Assembly (NCBI GenBank): GCA_003155695.1 | Contig: PMDZ01000006.1 | Coordinates: forward strand, 20,007-84,006 | Direction of reading: 5' to 3' | Origin: Candidatus Nomurabacteria bacterium | Lineage (GTDB): Bacteria; Patescibacteriota; Minisyncoccia; Phycocordibacterales; UBA9973 | DNA length: 64,000 nt | Shown: positions 26,401 to 34,769 of the stretch, piece after piece | Numbering within the stretch: the first letter of the stretch is position 1 | Layout of the letters: each line of letters starts with the position of its first letter | Made by a program: the position numbers and the translations under genes | The notes under the pieces: generated by a model | The model's database searches: none | The model's input: the letters and a program-made list of their open reading frames with translations, nothing else | Told to the model about the DNA's origin: nothing

Positions 26401-27781
26401 TGCCATCAATGCCGCATTATCAAACTTCTTAGGACAATCCGCAGGTTTAGGAGCTGTAGGAGCTTCTGAGTCAAACTTCATAGGTGATTCTGCCGGATAT
26501 CAAGCCACCTCTGCTCATGATTCAAACTTCTTAGGAAATGCTGCTGGTCAAGGTGCTTCCCTTGCCTCTTACTCAAATTTATTTGGTTACCAATCGGGAA
26601 GGTCTTTCCCTGTAGATACTCCCACTAACAATATCGGTTCCAACAACATAATCATCGGAACAAATATTTCTTTACCTAATGCGACTGCAAATACCATGAA
26701 CTTAGGTGGAGTTCTTTTTGCCACAGGAACATATGCAACGACGACTGGCGACCCATCTATCACCGCAGTCTCAGGTGGCAAAGTCGGTATCGGCGTCGTT
26801 TCGCCATCATATACTCTCCAAGTCGGAAACTCATCTATCTCCGGAGTAGTCGCCCGATTTGAAAATAGTGTCGGAACTTGTGACATCAATCCTACTACCT
26901 CATCGGTTGGTTGTTCTTCCGACATAAGATTAAAGAAAAATATAACTACCCTCGATAATACAGAATTTGCTCTCTCAACTGTCCCTGATATGACAGGTAA
27001 ATCAACATTGGAAAAAGTTCTGAATCTCACTCCGGTCACATACAACTGGAATAGTGAAAGTGATACCGACCAGAAACACATTGGGTTCATCGCCCAAGAA
27101 ATGGAACAAATATTCCCTGATTTGGTCAGCACCGACCCGGTAACAGGTCTTAAGTCTCTTAGTTACGCAAACATGACGCCATACCTAGCCAAAGCCATAC
27201 AGGAGATGGATTTAAAAATTACAGATATTAATAATCAGGAATTAGAAAATAGTTGGAGGGATAGCATACTTGCTTGGTTTAAAAATACCTCAAATGGAAT
27301 TACTGAATTTGTCTCAAGTATTCTTCGAGCCAAAGATAAACTTTGTATCGGAGAGGGAAGTGACGAAGTTTGTATAACAAAGGAAGACTTATTGCAAATG
27401 AAAAATAATGCCGGACTAAACGCCGGAACAGCTGCCGTGCTTCCGACTGTTGATAACTCCGGCTCATCCGGGACAGATAATTCAACTGCTGGGACATCGG
27501 ATACTTCGGGAACAGGAGCATCCAATACCGGAACAACGACCGACACCACCGGTACGACAGGGGGGAACGACGGTAACAATACCGATACAACCGGAGGAAA
27601 CACAAATAACACAACCACAGATACATCCACCACAAATACTCCCGATACTGGAACGACGAATATAAATGCTGGTAATGATACGACCGGTAATGCAAGTGGT
27701 GATACGACAAATACGGATACAACCAACACTAATAACAATAATAGTGGAACGGATAATCAAAATAATGACCTCGGTAATTAA
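23450..27781 (+). CDS. Giant (1443 aa) secreted repetitive surface protein with a C-terminal phage-tail-fibre-type intramolecular chaperone (Peptidase_S74-like) domain and a T/N/G/D-rich tail
   Basis: A signal peptide, then three modules each starting with GKVG(V/I)GVVSPSARLQLAAGTASAGTAPLKLTAGTNL..TEAGAIEYDGSHLYFSATN. Each module is followed by 10-15 tandem 17-aa repeats (SNFIG..AG.GA.SA..). Near the C-terminus is CSSDIRLKKNITTLDN...LNLTPVTYNWN...HIGFIAQEMEQIFPDLV...LSYANMTPYLAKAIQEMDLKI, the S74 chaperone signature. Confidence 0.75.
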   Translation: MYIMRKLKFLKLHWAKLLSVFFLILLLGAYAHIFAIDRKYNPGEILNPDCFPGETNCTVDITTGSSQWTTNGSSIYYNTGNVGVGVIAPTAQLQFKAGTTTAGTAPLKFTVGTNLTNAEAGAMEWNGTNLFITQTSGPTRKTIAYTTDISDSSPITIVDSTNLVSTGLQAAGPVPYGTQDAIIIGRWAGFNMISGYNSIFLGLEAGAQANAESSNFIGHGAGSGTTSQYSNFLGHFAGENSTSANYSNFIGSDAGASTSATFSNFIGFVAGRDATSASYSNFFGSSAGSSAANASNSNFFGAGAGANATNASYSNLIGFRAGLSPISINNSIGANNIIIGTNISLPTATANSMNLGGVLFATGTYATTTGNPSTTAVATGKVGVGVVSPSARLQLAAGTASAGTAPLKLTAGTNLGTTEAGAIEYDGSHLYFSATNNGDRYQLDQQADGIVSSPWLANGSDIYYDGGNVGIGNDSPTSKLDIKLDLTVSYNQSFSGSGLNDAIYSGTYSGSNPPNAVIVQIDGEGTPDTFTYYDNHSDCSYPNGFSIPITGSAQLVCDGISITFTNITGHHSGDTWTYEINSPDSNPIIKISDNTGNNYFTVNAVADKSNFLGTNAGNGAVSAHDSNFIGTSAGNGAVSAHDSNFIGTSAGYGATSASGSNFLGLNAGIYATGAHNSNFLGPSAGNGATSAIFSNFIGTVAGLSATSSSYSNFIGNGAGYQATSASYSNFLGINAGNGATSAINSNFLGPWAGSGAINVSYSNLFGYETGMSFTGNNIGSNNIILGTSISLPNAATNAINLGGVIFATGTHSDTNGISIIAEATGKVGIGVVSPSARLQLAAGTASAGTAPLKLTAGTNLSTTEAGAIEYDGSHLYFSATNSGSRYQLDQQGGTPSPITIVNTSNLFSTGISAGTGVTSTTDSNFFGTDAGDSATGAFGSNFFGPSAGISAPDAFYSNFFGLQAGAGANDASNSNFLGHNAGASAINAALSNFLGQSAGLGAVGASESNFIGDSAGYQATSAHDSNFLGNAAGQGASLASYSNLFGYQSGRSFPVDTPTNNIGSNNIIIGTNISLPNATANTMNLGGVLFATGTYATTTGDPSITAVSGGKVGIGVVSPSYTLQVGNSSISGVVARFENSVGTCDINPTTSSVGCSSDIRLKKNITTLDNTEFALSTVPDMTGKSTLEKVLNLTPVTYNWNSESDTDQKHIGFIAQEMEQIFPDLVSTDPVTGLKSLSYANMTPYLAKAIQEMDLKITDINNQELENSWRDSILAWFKNTSNGITEFVSSILRAKDKLCIGEGSDEVCITKEDLLQMKNNAGLNAGTAAVLPTVDNSGSSGTDNSTAGTSDTSGTGASNTGTTTDTTGTTGGNDGNNTDTTGGNTNNTTTDTSTTNTPDTGTTNINAGNDTTGNASGDTTNTDTTNTNNNNSGTDNQNNDLGN
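25295..25396 (+). repeat. Perfect 51-nt tandem duplication (2 units) inside the giant surface-protein gene
   Basis: gctggtaatggtgctgtctctgctcatgattcaaacttcatcggtacatct occurs twice back to back, encoding AGNGAVSAHDSNFIGTS x2. Diverged copies flank it. Confidence 0.9.
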
Positions 27782-30700
27782 AATATTTTTCAAATATATA
27801 CTCCTCATTATTTTAATTGGCGGAGCTTTTGGGGTTTTTGCCTCGACTACCAACGGAACGATAGATGCGGGCAATCACACGGCGCTTCTTTGCATGAATG
27901 ATATTTGTTCCGTCACCACCAGAATAAATTTTTTGACGACCAACGGCAGAGCTGTACATGTCACAAATAGTGCGTTAACCGGTGAAATATGGTCGGAACA
28001 GGTAGGTTGGATAAATTTAAATCCGACAAATAGCGGGGTAGCCAATACAACGAGAGGTATTCTTTCCGGCGATGCTTGGGGAGAAAATGCTGGTTGGATA
28101 AATTTTGATCCCTATAATGGTGGAGTAGTCATAAATAATAGGGGTGAATTTGTCGGCTTTGCTTGGAGTCAAAATTACGGATGGATTAAATTTGATTGTA
28201 CTGTTGCGAATGCTTGTGTCAAAACTGATTGGCGCCCGAGTAATGATGGGGGTGGTGGAGGAGGGCCACCAGTGGTGGATATATGCCCAAATATTGCCGG
28301 GAATCAAACATTAATACCGGATGGTCTTGTTATCAATGCTCTTGGGCAATGTGTTTCCCCAGAACAATGTAATGTCCTAGATGGTGCACTTAAGCAACCA
28401 CTTGATGTCATGATTATAATTGACAAATCAGGCAGTATGGCTGGCACCAAACTGTCTCAAGCCAAAACCGCCGCTACAGCCTTCATCAATAATCTGGTTC
28501 TCGGTTCTGACCGGGTCGGATACGTCTCATATTCTACGACGGCAACACTCGAAAATGGGCTGACAACATCTTTTGATACAATTAAAGCAAAGATAGCAAG
28601 TACTGTATCAAATGGAAATACGAATATCGGAGGAGCGGCAAGAATTGCTTATCAAGAAATGTTGATCAATGGTCGGGCGGGAGTTAAGCATGTCATCATT
28701 ATTCTGACCGATGGACAAGCAAATGTCTCGGATGTTAGAACTCTGACCCCAAATCAATACGCGATCAATCAATCGGACCTGGCCAAACTCCGAGGCATGA
28801 TTGTTTATTCTATCGGACTGGGGACAGATGTAGATTCCGATCTTCTTTCTTCTATGGCAACCTTGCCAAGTTATTTTTATAATTCTCCGACTGGTAGCGA
28901 CCTTTCAAATATTTATCTGCAAATTGCCGCTATTGAATGTACCGCTGCCCCTTCAAAGGTTTTCGATACGGTTATTTATGATGCAAATAGAAATGGATTA
29001 TATGATACCAATGAAAGGGGATTAGCTGGATCTATTATCTCCTTAACAAGTAGTGATGGCAGTCAACAAACAAGAACGATGACAACGCTTGCCGACGGGA
29101 GTTTCCTTTTTGATGCTGTAACACCAGGGAACTATTCAGTCTGCAATACATCACCTTCGGGGATGTATCAAACCAAACCAGTTTCAAATGGATGTTTTGA
29201 TATAAGTGTTGTTCAAGGTATTAATGTCACAGATCTCAAATTTTTAGTTACTGGTAACCAACCATTTTGTTCGCTTAATCCAAATGACCCATCATGTGAT
29301 GTTTGCCCAAACATTTCAGGTATCCAAAGTACAATTCCGAATGGATTTACCATTAACTCAAGTGGTAATTGCGTTCCAACCCCAACATTCTGCGAACAAA
29401 ATCCCACCGACCCATCATGTAATCCAACATTCTGCGAAAACAATCCCAATGACCCATCATGTGATGTTTGCCCAAATATTTCAGGTACCCAAAGTACAAT
29501 TCCGGATGGATATACCTTGAACTCAAGTGGTAATTGTGTTCCGGCTCTAACATTTTGTGAACAAAATCCCACCGACCCATCTTGTATAACTCCAACGTTC
29601 TGTTCACTTCACCCGAGTGACTCAACATGTGTAGAGCCAAGTTTCTGTACACTTCATCCCACAGACCCATCTTGTATAACTCCAACATTCTGCACACTTC
29701 ACCCTAACGATCCGTCATGCACAACCCCATCATTTTGTGCTCTACATCCCACCGACCCATCTTGTATAACTCCGGCATATTGTGCTCTTCACCCGACTGA
29801 CCCATCATGTTCAACGCCGGAGATATTTTGTGCACTTCATCCGACCGACCCATCGTGCATTAATCCGACATTTTGTTCTCTCCATCCGACGAATATATTA
29901 TGTGTAATTAAAGATACAACATCCGGTATTTTAGAAACAATAAATGGAAATCTTAATAATACTATTACCGATGTAGCCAAAAATGTTGCCGAGGCAACTG
30001 AAATTATCTTTACAAATCCAGTCGGGAAAGTTGTCACTAAAATAGTTGAAACAACCGGAGCTGTCACTGGTGCAATCGGCATTGCCGGCTTAGTTTTCTC
30101 CGGACCAATTGCTCTGGCTGATGCTTTTCTAATTCCAATTCGGTTGTGGAGTCTTCTTCTTGCTCTGTTTGGAATCAAAAAAAGGAAAACTCCATGGGGT
30201 ACAGTTTATGACAGTGTCACAAAGCAGCCCCTTGACCCGGCATATGTCGTTTTACAGAATTTAGATGGCAAAGAAGTTGCGACTTCGATTACCGACCTTG
30301 ATGGTAGATATGGTTTTCTTGTTCCACCTGGAGCGTATAGAATTATCGCCAGAAAAACAAATTATGAATTCCCTTCAAAGAAATTACTTGATAGACAGAA
30401 AGATGAATTATATGATGATTTGTATTTCAATGAAATCATAGAGGTTAAAGAAGGGGGAATCATAACCCGTAATATCCCAATGGATCCGATTAAGTTTGAT
30501 TGGAATGAATTTGCCAAGCGCGATCGCAAATTAATGAAGTTCTACTCGAGACGCAGTCTTTGGGTTGCTCTTATTTCGGATATTCTGTTTTTCCTTGGTC
30601 TAATCATCTCTACAATTGCGACAATTATTACGCCAGTTACATACAATATCATCGTTCTCGTTGTTTATCTAGTTTTACTCATATTAAGAGGGACGATATT

Positions 30701-30968
30701 AAAACCTAGAATTTATGGTCTTGTAAATCAAAAAGAAAACAAAGATCCATTGTCTTTTGCTATCATGAGAATTTTCTTTGCCGGAAGTGACCATGAAATA
30801 GCACACAAAGTCACAGACCAAACAGGTAGGTATTATTGTCTTGTTCCAAACGGCAGGTACTATACAAAGATTGAGGTAAAAAACCCTGATGAAAGTTATA
30901 GTTTAGTTCATATATCAGATCCAATTGAAGTTAAAAAGGGGTATATAAACAAGAAATTTGAGGTGTAA
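27765..30968 (+). CDS. Large multi-domain surface protein (putative adhesin): tryptophan-rich GWI(N/K)F triple repeat, vWA domain, SdrD-B/Cna-B-like domain, a roughly 10-unit CxLHPTDPSC repeat array, a carboxypeptidase-regulatory-like domain and TM segments
   Basis: The start is taken at MTSVIKIFFKYILLIILIGGAFGVFA (27765) rather than the upstream ORF start 27666. The vWA MIDAS motif is DVMIIIDKSGSM...ILTDGQAN. The SdrD-B-like motif is DANRNGLYDTNERGLAGSI. The Cys repeat is TPTFCTLHPNDPSCTTPSFCALHPTDPSC... Confidence 0.7.
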   Translation: MTSVIKIFFKYILLIILIGGAFGVFASTTNGTIDAGNHTALLCMNDICSVTTRINFLTTNGRAVHVTNSALTGEIWSEQVGWINLNPTNSGVANTTRGILSGDAWGENAGWINFDPYNGGVVINNRGEFVGFAWSQNYGWIKFDCTVANACVKTDWRPSNDGGGGGGPPVVDICPNIAGNQTLIPDGLVINALGQCVSPEQCNVLDGALKQPLDVMIIIDKSGSMAGTKLSQAKTAATAFINNLVLGSDRVGYVSYSTTATLENGLTTSFDTIKAKIASTVSNGNTNIGGAARIAYQEMLINGRAGVKHVIIILTDGQANVSDVRTLTPNQYAINQSDLAKLRGMIVYSIGLGTDVDSDLLSSMATLPSYFYNSPTGSDLSNIYLQIAAIECTAAPSKVFDTVIYDANRNGLYDTNERGLAGSIISLTSSDGSQQTRTMTTLADGSFLFDAVTPGNYSVCNTSPSGMYQTKPVSNGCFDISVVQGINVTDLKFLVTGNQPFCSLNPNDPSCDVCPNISGIQSTIPNGFTINSSGNCVPTPTFCEQNPTDPSCNPTFCENNPNDPSCDVCPNISGTQSTIPDGYTLNSSGNCVPALTFCEQNPTDPSCITPTFCSLHPSDSTCVEPSFCTLHPTDPSCITPTFCTLHPNDPSCTTPSFCALHPTDPSCITPAYCALHPTDPSCSTPEIFCALHPTDPSCINPTFCSLHPTNILCVIKDTTSGILETINGNLNNTITDVAKNVAEATEIIFTNPVGKVVTKIVETTGAVTGAIGIAGLVFSGPIALADAFLIPIRLWSLLLALFGIKKRKTPWGTVYDSVTKQPLDPAYVVLQNLDGKEVATSITDLDGRYGFLVPPGAYRIIARKTNYEFPSKKLLDRQKDELYDDLYFNEIIEVKEGGIITRNIPMDPIKFDWNEFAKRDRKLMKFYSRRSLWVALISDILFFLGLIISTIATIITPVTYNIIVLVVYLVLLILRGTILKPRIYGLVNQKENKDPLSFAIMRIFFAGSDHEIAHKVTDQTGRYYCLVPNGRYYTKIEVKNPDESYSLVHISDPIEVKKGYINKKFEV
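29570..29890 (+). repeat. DNA-level array of about 39-nt repeats encoding the C-x-LHPTDPSC-ITPTF peptide units
   Basis: Near-identical units read from the sequence, e.g. ttctgcacacttcaccctaacgatccgtcatgcacaaccccatca and ttttgtgctctacatcccaccgacccatcttgtataactccggca. Confidence 0.7.
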
Positions 30969-31051
30969 ATGGGGGTTGCATTTTTACATATATTATAGTA
31001 AAGTATTCTAACTAGTCAGATATGGCTATTTTTGTTTAAATTTTAAAAAGG

Positions 31052-31474
31052 ATGCCTACAATTAATCAATTGGTTCGAAAGAGCCGCAAAACAACCAAAA
31101 GAAAATCTAAAGCCGTAGCTCTTGCTCGCGGGTTTAATTCGATTAAGAACAAGCCGGTTTACTACCCGGCGCCGTTTAAGCGTGGAGTTTGTACGAAAGT
31201 TTCAACCACAACGCCAAAGAAGCCGAACTCAGCCCTCCGAAAAATTGCTCGTGTCAGACTGACAAACGGAATGGAAGTTACCGCCTATATTCCCGGAGAA
31301 GGGCACAACTTGCAGGAGCACTCAGTCGTTATGATTCGTGGCGGACGTGTCAAAGACCTTATTGGAGTTCGTTATCATATCGTCCGCGGACGTCTTGATA
31401 CGAGTGGTGTTGAAAAACGTCGCCAATCGAGAAGTCAGTATGGAACGAAAACACCTAAAGCTATAAAGAAATAA
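31052..31474 (+). CDS. rpsL: 30S ribosomal protein S12
   Basis: [12 protein letters not shown]...[10 protein letters not shown]...[38 protein letters not shown]. Confidence 0.95.
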   Translation: MPTINQLVRKSRKTTKRKSKAVALARGFNSIKNKPVYYPAPFKRGVCTKVSTTTPKKPNSALRKIARVRLTNGMEVTAYIPGEGHNLQEHSVVMIRGGRVKDLIGVRYHIVRGRLDTSGVEKRRQSRSQYGTKTPKAIKK

Positions 31475-31507
31475 TTAAGAATTAAGAATTAAGAATTAAA
31501 AATTACA
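31473..31507. repeat. AT-rich heptamer microsatellite (AATTAAG) x4 directly after the rpsL stop
   Basis: aattaagaattaagaattaagaattaaaaattac read directly. Confidence 0.5.
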
Positions 31508-31511
31508 AAAA

Positions 31512-31982
31512 ATGAGAAGAAGAATAAAAAATAAAAATATAGTAGAACCGGACATTGTCTATAATTCTCAAAAACTTGGGAAGTTTATTAACAATATAAT
31601 GCTAAACGGCAAAAAGGAAACGGCTCGAAAGTCCGTTTATAAAGCTTTTGATATCATTAAAGAAAAAACCGGCAATCCAAACCCTTTAGAAATATTTGAT
31701 ACAGCAATCAAGAATGCTGGTCCAATGGTGGAAGTTCGCTCACGCCGTATTGGCGGAGCCAACTACCAAGTTCCACGAGAAGTCCGACCGGAAAGACGCA
31801 CAGCTCTTGCCATGAGGTGGATTATTTTGGCGGCTCGAGGAAAGAAAGGAGCCCCAATCCATGAAAAGCTAGCTGAAGAATTGATTCTGGCCTCAAAAAA
31901 CGAAGGAGCAGCTGTCAAAAAGCGTGAAGATACCCACAAAATGGCGGAATCAAACAAAGCCTTCGCTCACTTCGCTTGGTAA
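31512..31982 (+). CDS. rpsG: 30S ribosomal protein S7
   Basis: Conserved S7 blocks (GKKETARK, RIGGANYQVP, ESNKAFAHFAW), in the position between rpsL and fusA. Confidence 0.95.
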   Translation: MRRRIKNKNIVEPDIVYNSQKLGKFINNIMLNGKKETARKSVYKAFDIIKEKTGNPNPLEIFDTAIKNAGPMVEVRSRRIGGANYQVPREVRPERRTALAMRWIILAARGKKGAPIHEKLAEELILASKNEGAAVKKREDTHKMAESNKAFAHFAW

Positions 31983-31994
31983 AAATTATATTAT

Positions 31995-34136
31995 ATGGAA
32001 AGAGATTATCCTTTAGAAAAAGTTAGAAATTTTGGAATTATAGCCCACATTGACGCCGGGAAAACCACGACGAGTGAACGTGTGCTCTTTTATACTGGAA
32101 TGTCGCACAAAATAGGGGAGGTTCACGACGGCGATACGACCACCGACTGGATGGAGCAAGAACGGGAACGGGGAATTACGATTACCAGTGCGGCGGTTAC
32201 CTGTTTCTGGACTCCGACTTATGCTGGGACCGACAAAACAAAAAAACATCGTTTTAATATTATCGATACCCCCGGGCACATTGACTTTACGGTTGAGGTT
32301 AAGCGTTCACTTCGTGTGCTTGATGGCGCAGTAGTAGTCTTTGATGGAGTTGCCGGAGTTGAACCGCAATCCGAAACTAACTGGCGCTATGCCGACGAAG
32401 CTATGGTTCCGCGAATTTGTTTTATAAACAAGCTTGATCGTATTGGCGCCTCGTTTGAGCATTCATATGCCACAATACTCGACCGTTTAAATAAAAATGC
32501 CGTTCGGATGCAAATCCCAATCGGGCTTGAAGAGAAGCACGAAGGAGTTGTTGATCTTCTCACAATGAAAGCCTATTACTTTGAAGGAGAAATGGGAAAT
32601 AAGGTTATTGAAAAAGAGATACCGGAGAATCTTGTCAACGATGCTAAAAAATATCGCGAAGAATTAATTGAAAAAATTGTTGAGCAAGATGATAAAGTCA
32701 TGACTGAATATTTGGAAGGAAAAATTCCGGATATTGAAATTCTAAAATCAATTTTGCGAAAAGCGGTAATTGCCAATAAGGTTTTCCCGGTTTTTGCCGG
32801 TAGTGCCCTTAAAAATAAAGGAGTTCAATTGGTTCTTGATGCTGTCGTTGATTACTTGCCCAGCCCGATAGATATCCCATCTATTGAAGGAATTAATCCG
32901 GATACCGAAGAAAAAGAGGTTCGTCACGCTTCCGATTCCGAACCGTTTTCGGCTCTGGCTTTTAAAGTTGCGACTGATCCGTTCGTTGGCCAGATTATTT
33001 ATTTTCGTGTTTACTCCGGAAGTTTATCTTCGGGAAGTTATATTTACAATCCTCGAACACGCAACAAAGAACGTATCGGAAGAATTTTGCGTATGCACGC
33101 CAATGACCGTGAAGAAATGAAAAAAGTTTTTGCCGGAGAAATTGCCGCAGCTGTCGGATTGAAAGATACGATTACTTCCGATACTCTTTGTGATGAAGAC
33201 CACCCAATAGAACTTTATCGTATCATTTTCCCTGAGCCGGTTATTCAATTGCGAGTTGAGCCGAAGACAAAAGCCGACCAAGAAAAGATGGGTATGGCAC
33301 TCAACAGATTGGCTCAAGAAGACCCGACGTTTAGGGTTTCAACCGATATGGAAACAAACGAAACAATCATTGCCGGAATGGGGGAACTTCACCTTGAAAT
33401 TATTGTTGACCGTATGAAAAGGGAATTTTCAGTGGAAACAAATGTCGGCAAACCTCAAGTGGCATACAGGGAAACAATTACCGGGAAAGCAGAAGTTGAA
33501 GGAAAATACATCAAACAGTCCGGTGGACGTGGTAACTATGGTCACGTCAAAATTAAAGTTAAGCCGATGGATATGACCGTCGACCCTGACGACTTGCCGA
33601 AGAATACAAAGAGAGAGAAAGGATTTGAATTTATCAATACTATTAAAGGTGGAGCTATTCCACAGGAATATATTCCGGCTTGTGAAAAAGGATTTAAGGA
33701 AGGCCTTGACCGAGGAGTCCTGGCCGGATTCAAACTTGTAAATGTTTCGGTTGAACTTTGGGATGGAACATATCACGATGTGGACTCTAATGAAATGGCT
33801 TTCAAGATTGCCGCTTCTATGGCTGTGCAAGATGCTTGTCGAATAGCTCGCCCGGTAATTCTTGAACCAATGATGAAAGTTGAAGTTGTGACGCCGGAGA
33901 AATTTATGGGTGATGTCACCGGGAGTCTTTCGTCAAAGCGTGGACTTATCGAAGGTATGGAACCTCGTGGACTCAATCAAGCCGTTCGAGCTGTCGTTCC
34001 GCTTTCGGAAATGTTCGGCTACATGACGACCCTCCGCTCGATGACCGAAGGCCGCGCCGGATTCACCATGGAATTCTTGCGTTACGATATCGTGCCTAAT
34101 AGTGTAGCGACATCAATTATAGAAAACAGAAAGTAA
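31995..34136 (+). CDS. fusA: Elongation factor G
   Basis: [18 protein letters not shown] and NKLDR GTPase motifs in a 713-aa protein, in str-operon order. Confidence 0.95.
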   Translation: MERDYPLEKVRNFGIIAHIDAGKTTTSERVLFYTGMSHKIGEVHDGDTTTDWMEQERERGITITSAAVTCFWTPTYAGTDKTKKHRFNIIDTPGHIDFTVEVKRSLRVLDGAVVVFDGVAGVEPQSETNWRYADEAMVPRICFINKLDRIGASFEHSYATILDRLNKNAVRMQIPIGLEEKHEGVVDLLTMKAYYFEGEMGNKVIEKEIPENLVNDAKKYREELIEKIVEQDDKVMTEYLEGKIPDIEILKSILRKAVIANKVFPVFAGSALKNKGVQLVLDAVVDYLPSPIDIPSIEGINPDTEEKEVRHASDSEPFSALAFKVATDPFVGQIIYFRVYSGSLSSGSYIYNPRTRNKERIGRILRMHANDREEMKKVFAGEIAAAVGLKDTITSDTLCDEDHPIELYRIIFPEPVIQLRVEPKTKADQEKMGMALNRLAQEDPTFRVSTDMETNETIIAGMGELHLEIIVDRMKREFSVETNVGKPQVAYRETITGKAEVEGKYIKQSGGRGNYGHVKIKVKPMDMTVDPDDLPKNTKREKGFEFINTIKGGAIPQEYIPACEKGFKEGLDRGVLAGFKLVNVSVELWDGTYHDVDSNEMAFKIAASMAVQDACRIARPVILEPMMKVEVVTPEKFMGDVTGSLSSKRGLIEGMEPRGLNQAVRAVVPLSEMFGYMTTLRSMTEGRAGFTMEFLRYDIVPNSVATSIIENRK

Positions 34137-34158
34137 AAAAGCTGAAATGATTAAAAAA

Positions 34159-34194
34159 AGGAGGTGTTGGCGAAAGCAAACACCTCCTTTTTTA
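34159..34194 (+). terminator. Rho-independent terminator of the rpsL-rpsG-fusA operon
   Basis: AGGAGGTGTT-ggcgaaagca-AACACCTCCT followed by TTTTTT, a 10-bp perfect stem. A TATAAT box (tgtgctataatatg) follows, ahead of the FKBP gene. Confidence 0.85.
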
Positions 34195-34248
34195 TATTGT
34201 AATTTGTGCTATAATATGCCCATATTAGTTAATAATTTTCGTAAAATC

Positions 34249-34758
34249 ATGCAAAATCAAAAGGAAAATATAGGTGTTATTGTTTCTTTTATTATCGTTG
34301 TCTGTGTCATCGGGCTTGTTGTCTACCTTTTATTGAACCAAAAAGAGAAAGCAAATCCATTGGAAGGGATAAAAAGTGTAGGGACCGAACAAACGGCACC
34401 AACAACCAACGATACGACAACACAAGCGCCAATTAATAATAATCAACAAAAAAATACTATGGAAAAAATAGCAAAAGCAGGTGACACTTTAGTTATGAAT
34501 TACACTGGACGTTTAACCAACGGAACTGTTTTCGATTCTAATGTTCTACCGAAATTTGGGCATGTTGAACCTTTTAAATTTACTCTTGGAGCCGGCCAAG
34601 TTATCAAGGGCTGGGATGAAGGTCTAGTTGGGATGAAGGTTGGTGAAAAGAAAACTTTGACAATTCCGCCAGAGAAGGGATATGGAGCGCAAGCAGTCGG
34701 TTCAATTCCGGCAAATTCAACTCTTATTTTTGATGTTGAATTGGTTGGCATAGAATAA
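34249..34758 (+). CDS. Membrane-anchored FKBP-type peptidyl-prolyl cis-trans isomerase
   Basis: The C-terminal FKBP domain YTGRLTNGTVFDS...FKFTLGAGQVIKGWDEGLVGMKVGEKKTLTIPPEKGYG...LIFDVELVGI. The start is taken at MQNQKE, since the longer ORF start 34147 would include the fusA terminator. Confidence 0.8.
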   Translation: MQNQKENIGVIVSFIIVVCVIGLVVYLLLNQKEKANPLEGIKSVGTEQTAPTTNDTTTQAPINNNQQKNTMEKIAKAGDTLVMNYTGRLTNGTVFDSNVLPKFGHVEPFKFTLGAGQVIKGWDEGLVGMKVGEKKTLTIPPEKGYGAQAVGSIPANSTLIFDVELVGIE

Positions 34759-34769
34759 ACCAAAATATT

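Noticed and set aside
27666-27764. Upstream extension of the adhesin ORF (start at 27666) overlapping the last 115 nt of the fibre gene
   Set aside because: The extension (MLVMIRPVMQVVIRQIRIQ...) is low-complexity read-through of the T/N-rich tail in another frame. The internal Met at 27765 is followed by a canonical signal peptide.
24541-27874. Multiple minus-strand ORFs of 70-180 aa inside the giant fibre gene (24541..24753, 25747..26088, 26587..27132, 27235..27738, 27300..27722, 27482..27874), two of which start with the identical MAEKYKWEPSYSIAPASV
   Set aside because: They are mirror-frame artefacts of the Ala/Gly/Thr-rich repeats. The two identical ones simply reflect the duplicated module heads on the + strand. 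They have no independent signals and would overlap a clearly coding + frame.
23450-30968. A prophage as the source of the tail-fibre-chaperone protein
   Set aside because: No integrase, terminase, capsid or portal genes are recognisable anywhere in the window. Flanking genes are rpmB, an M50 protease and rpsL, so a resident bacterial fibre gene is more parsimonious.
34147-34248. ORF start at 34147 for the FKBP gene
   Set aside because: The extension would be translated through the fusA rho-independent terminator and a TATAAT box. The start at MQNQKE (34249) leaves a sensible TM anchor.
31052-34758. Absence of tuf after fusA as a possible misassembly
   Set aside because: fusA ends with a clean terminator and the next gene has its own -10 box. 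tuf is simply located elsewhere, which is unremarkable.
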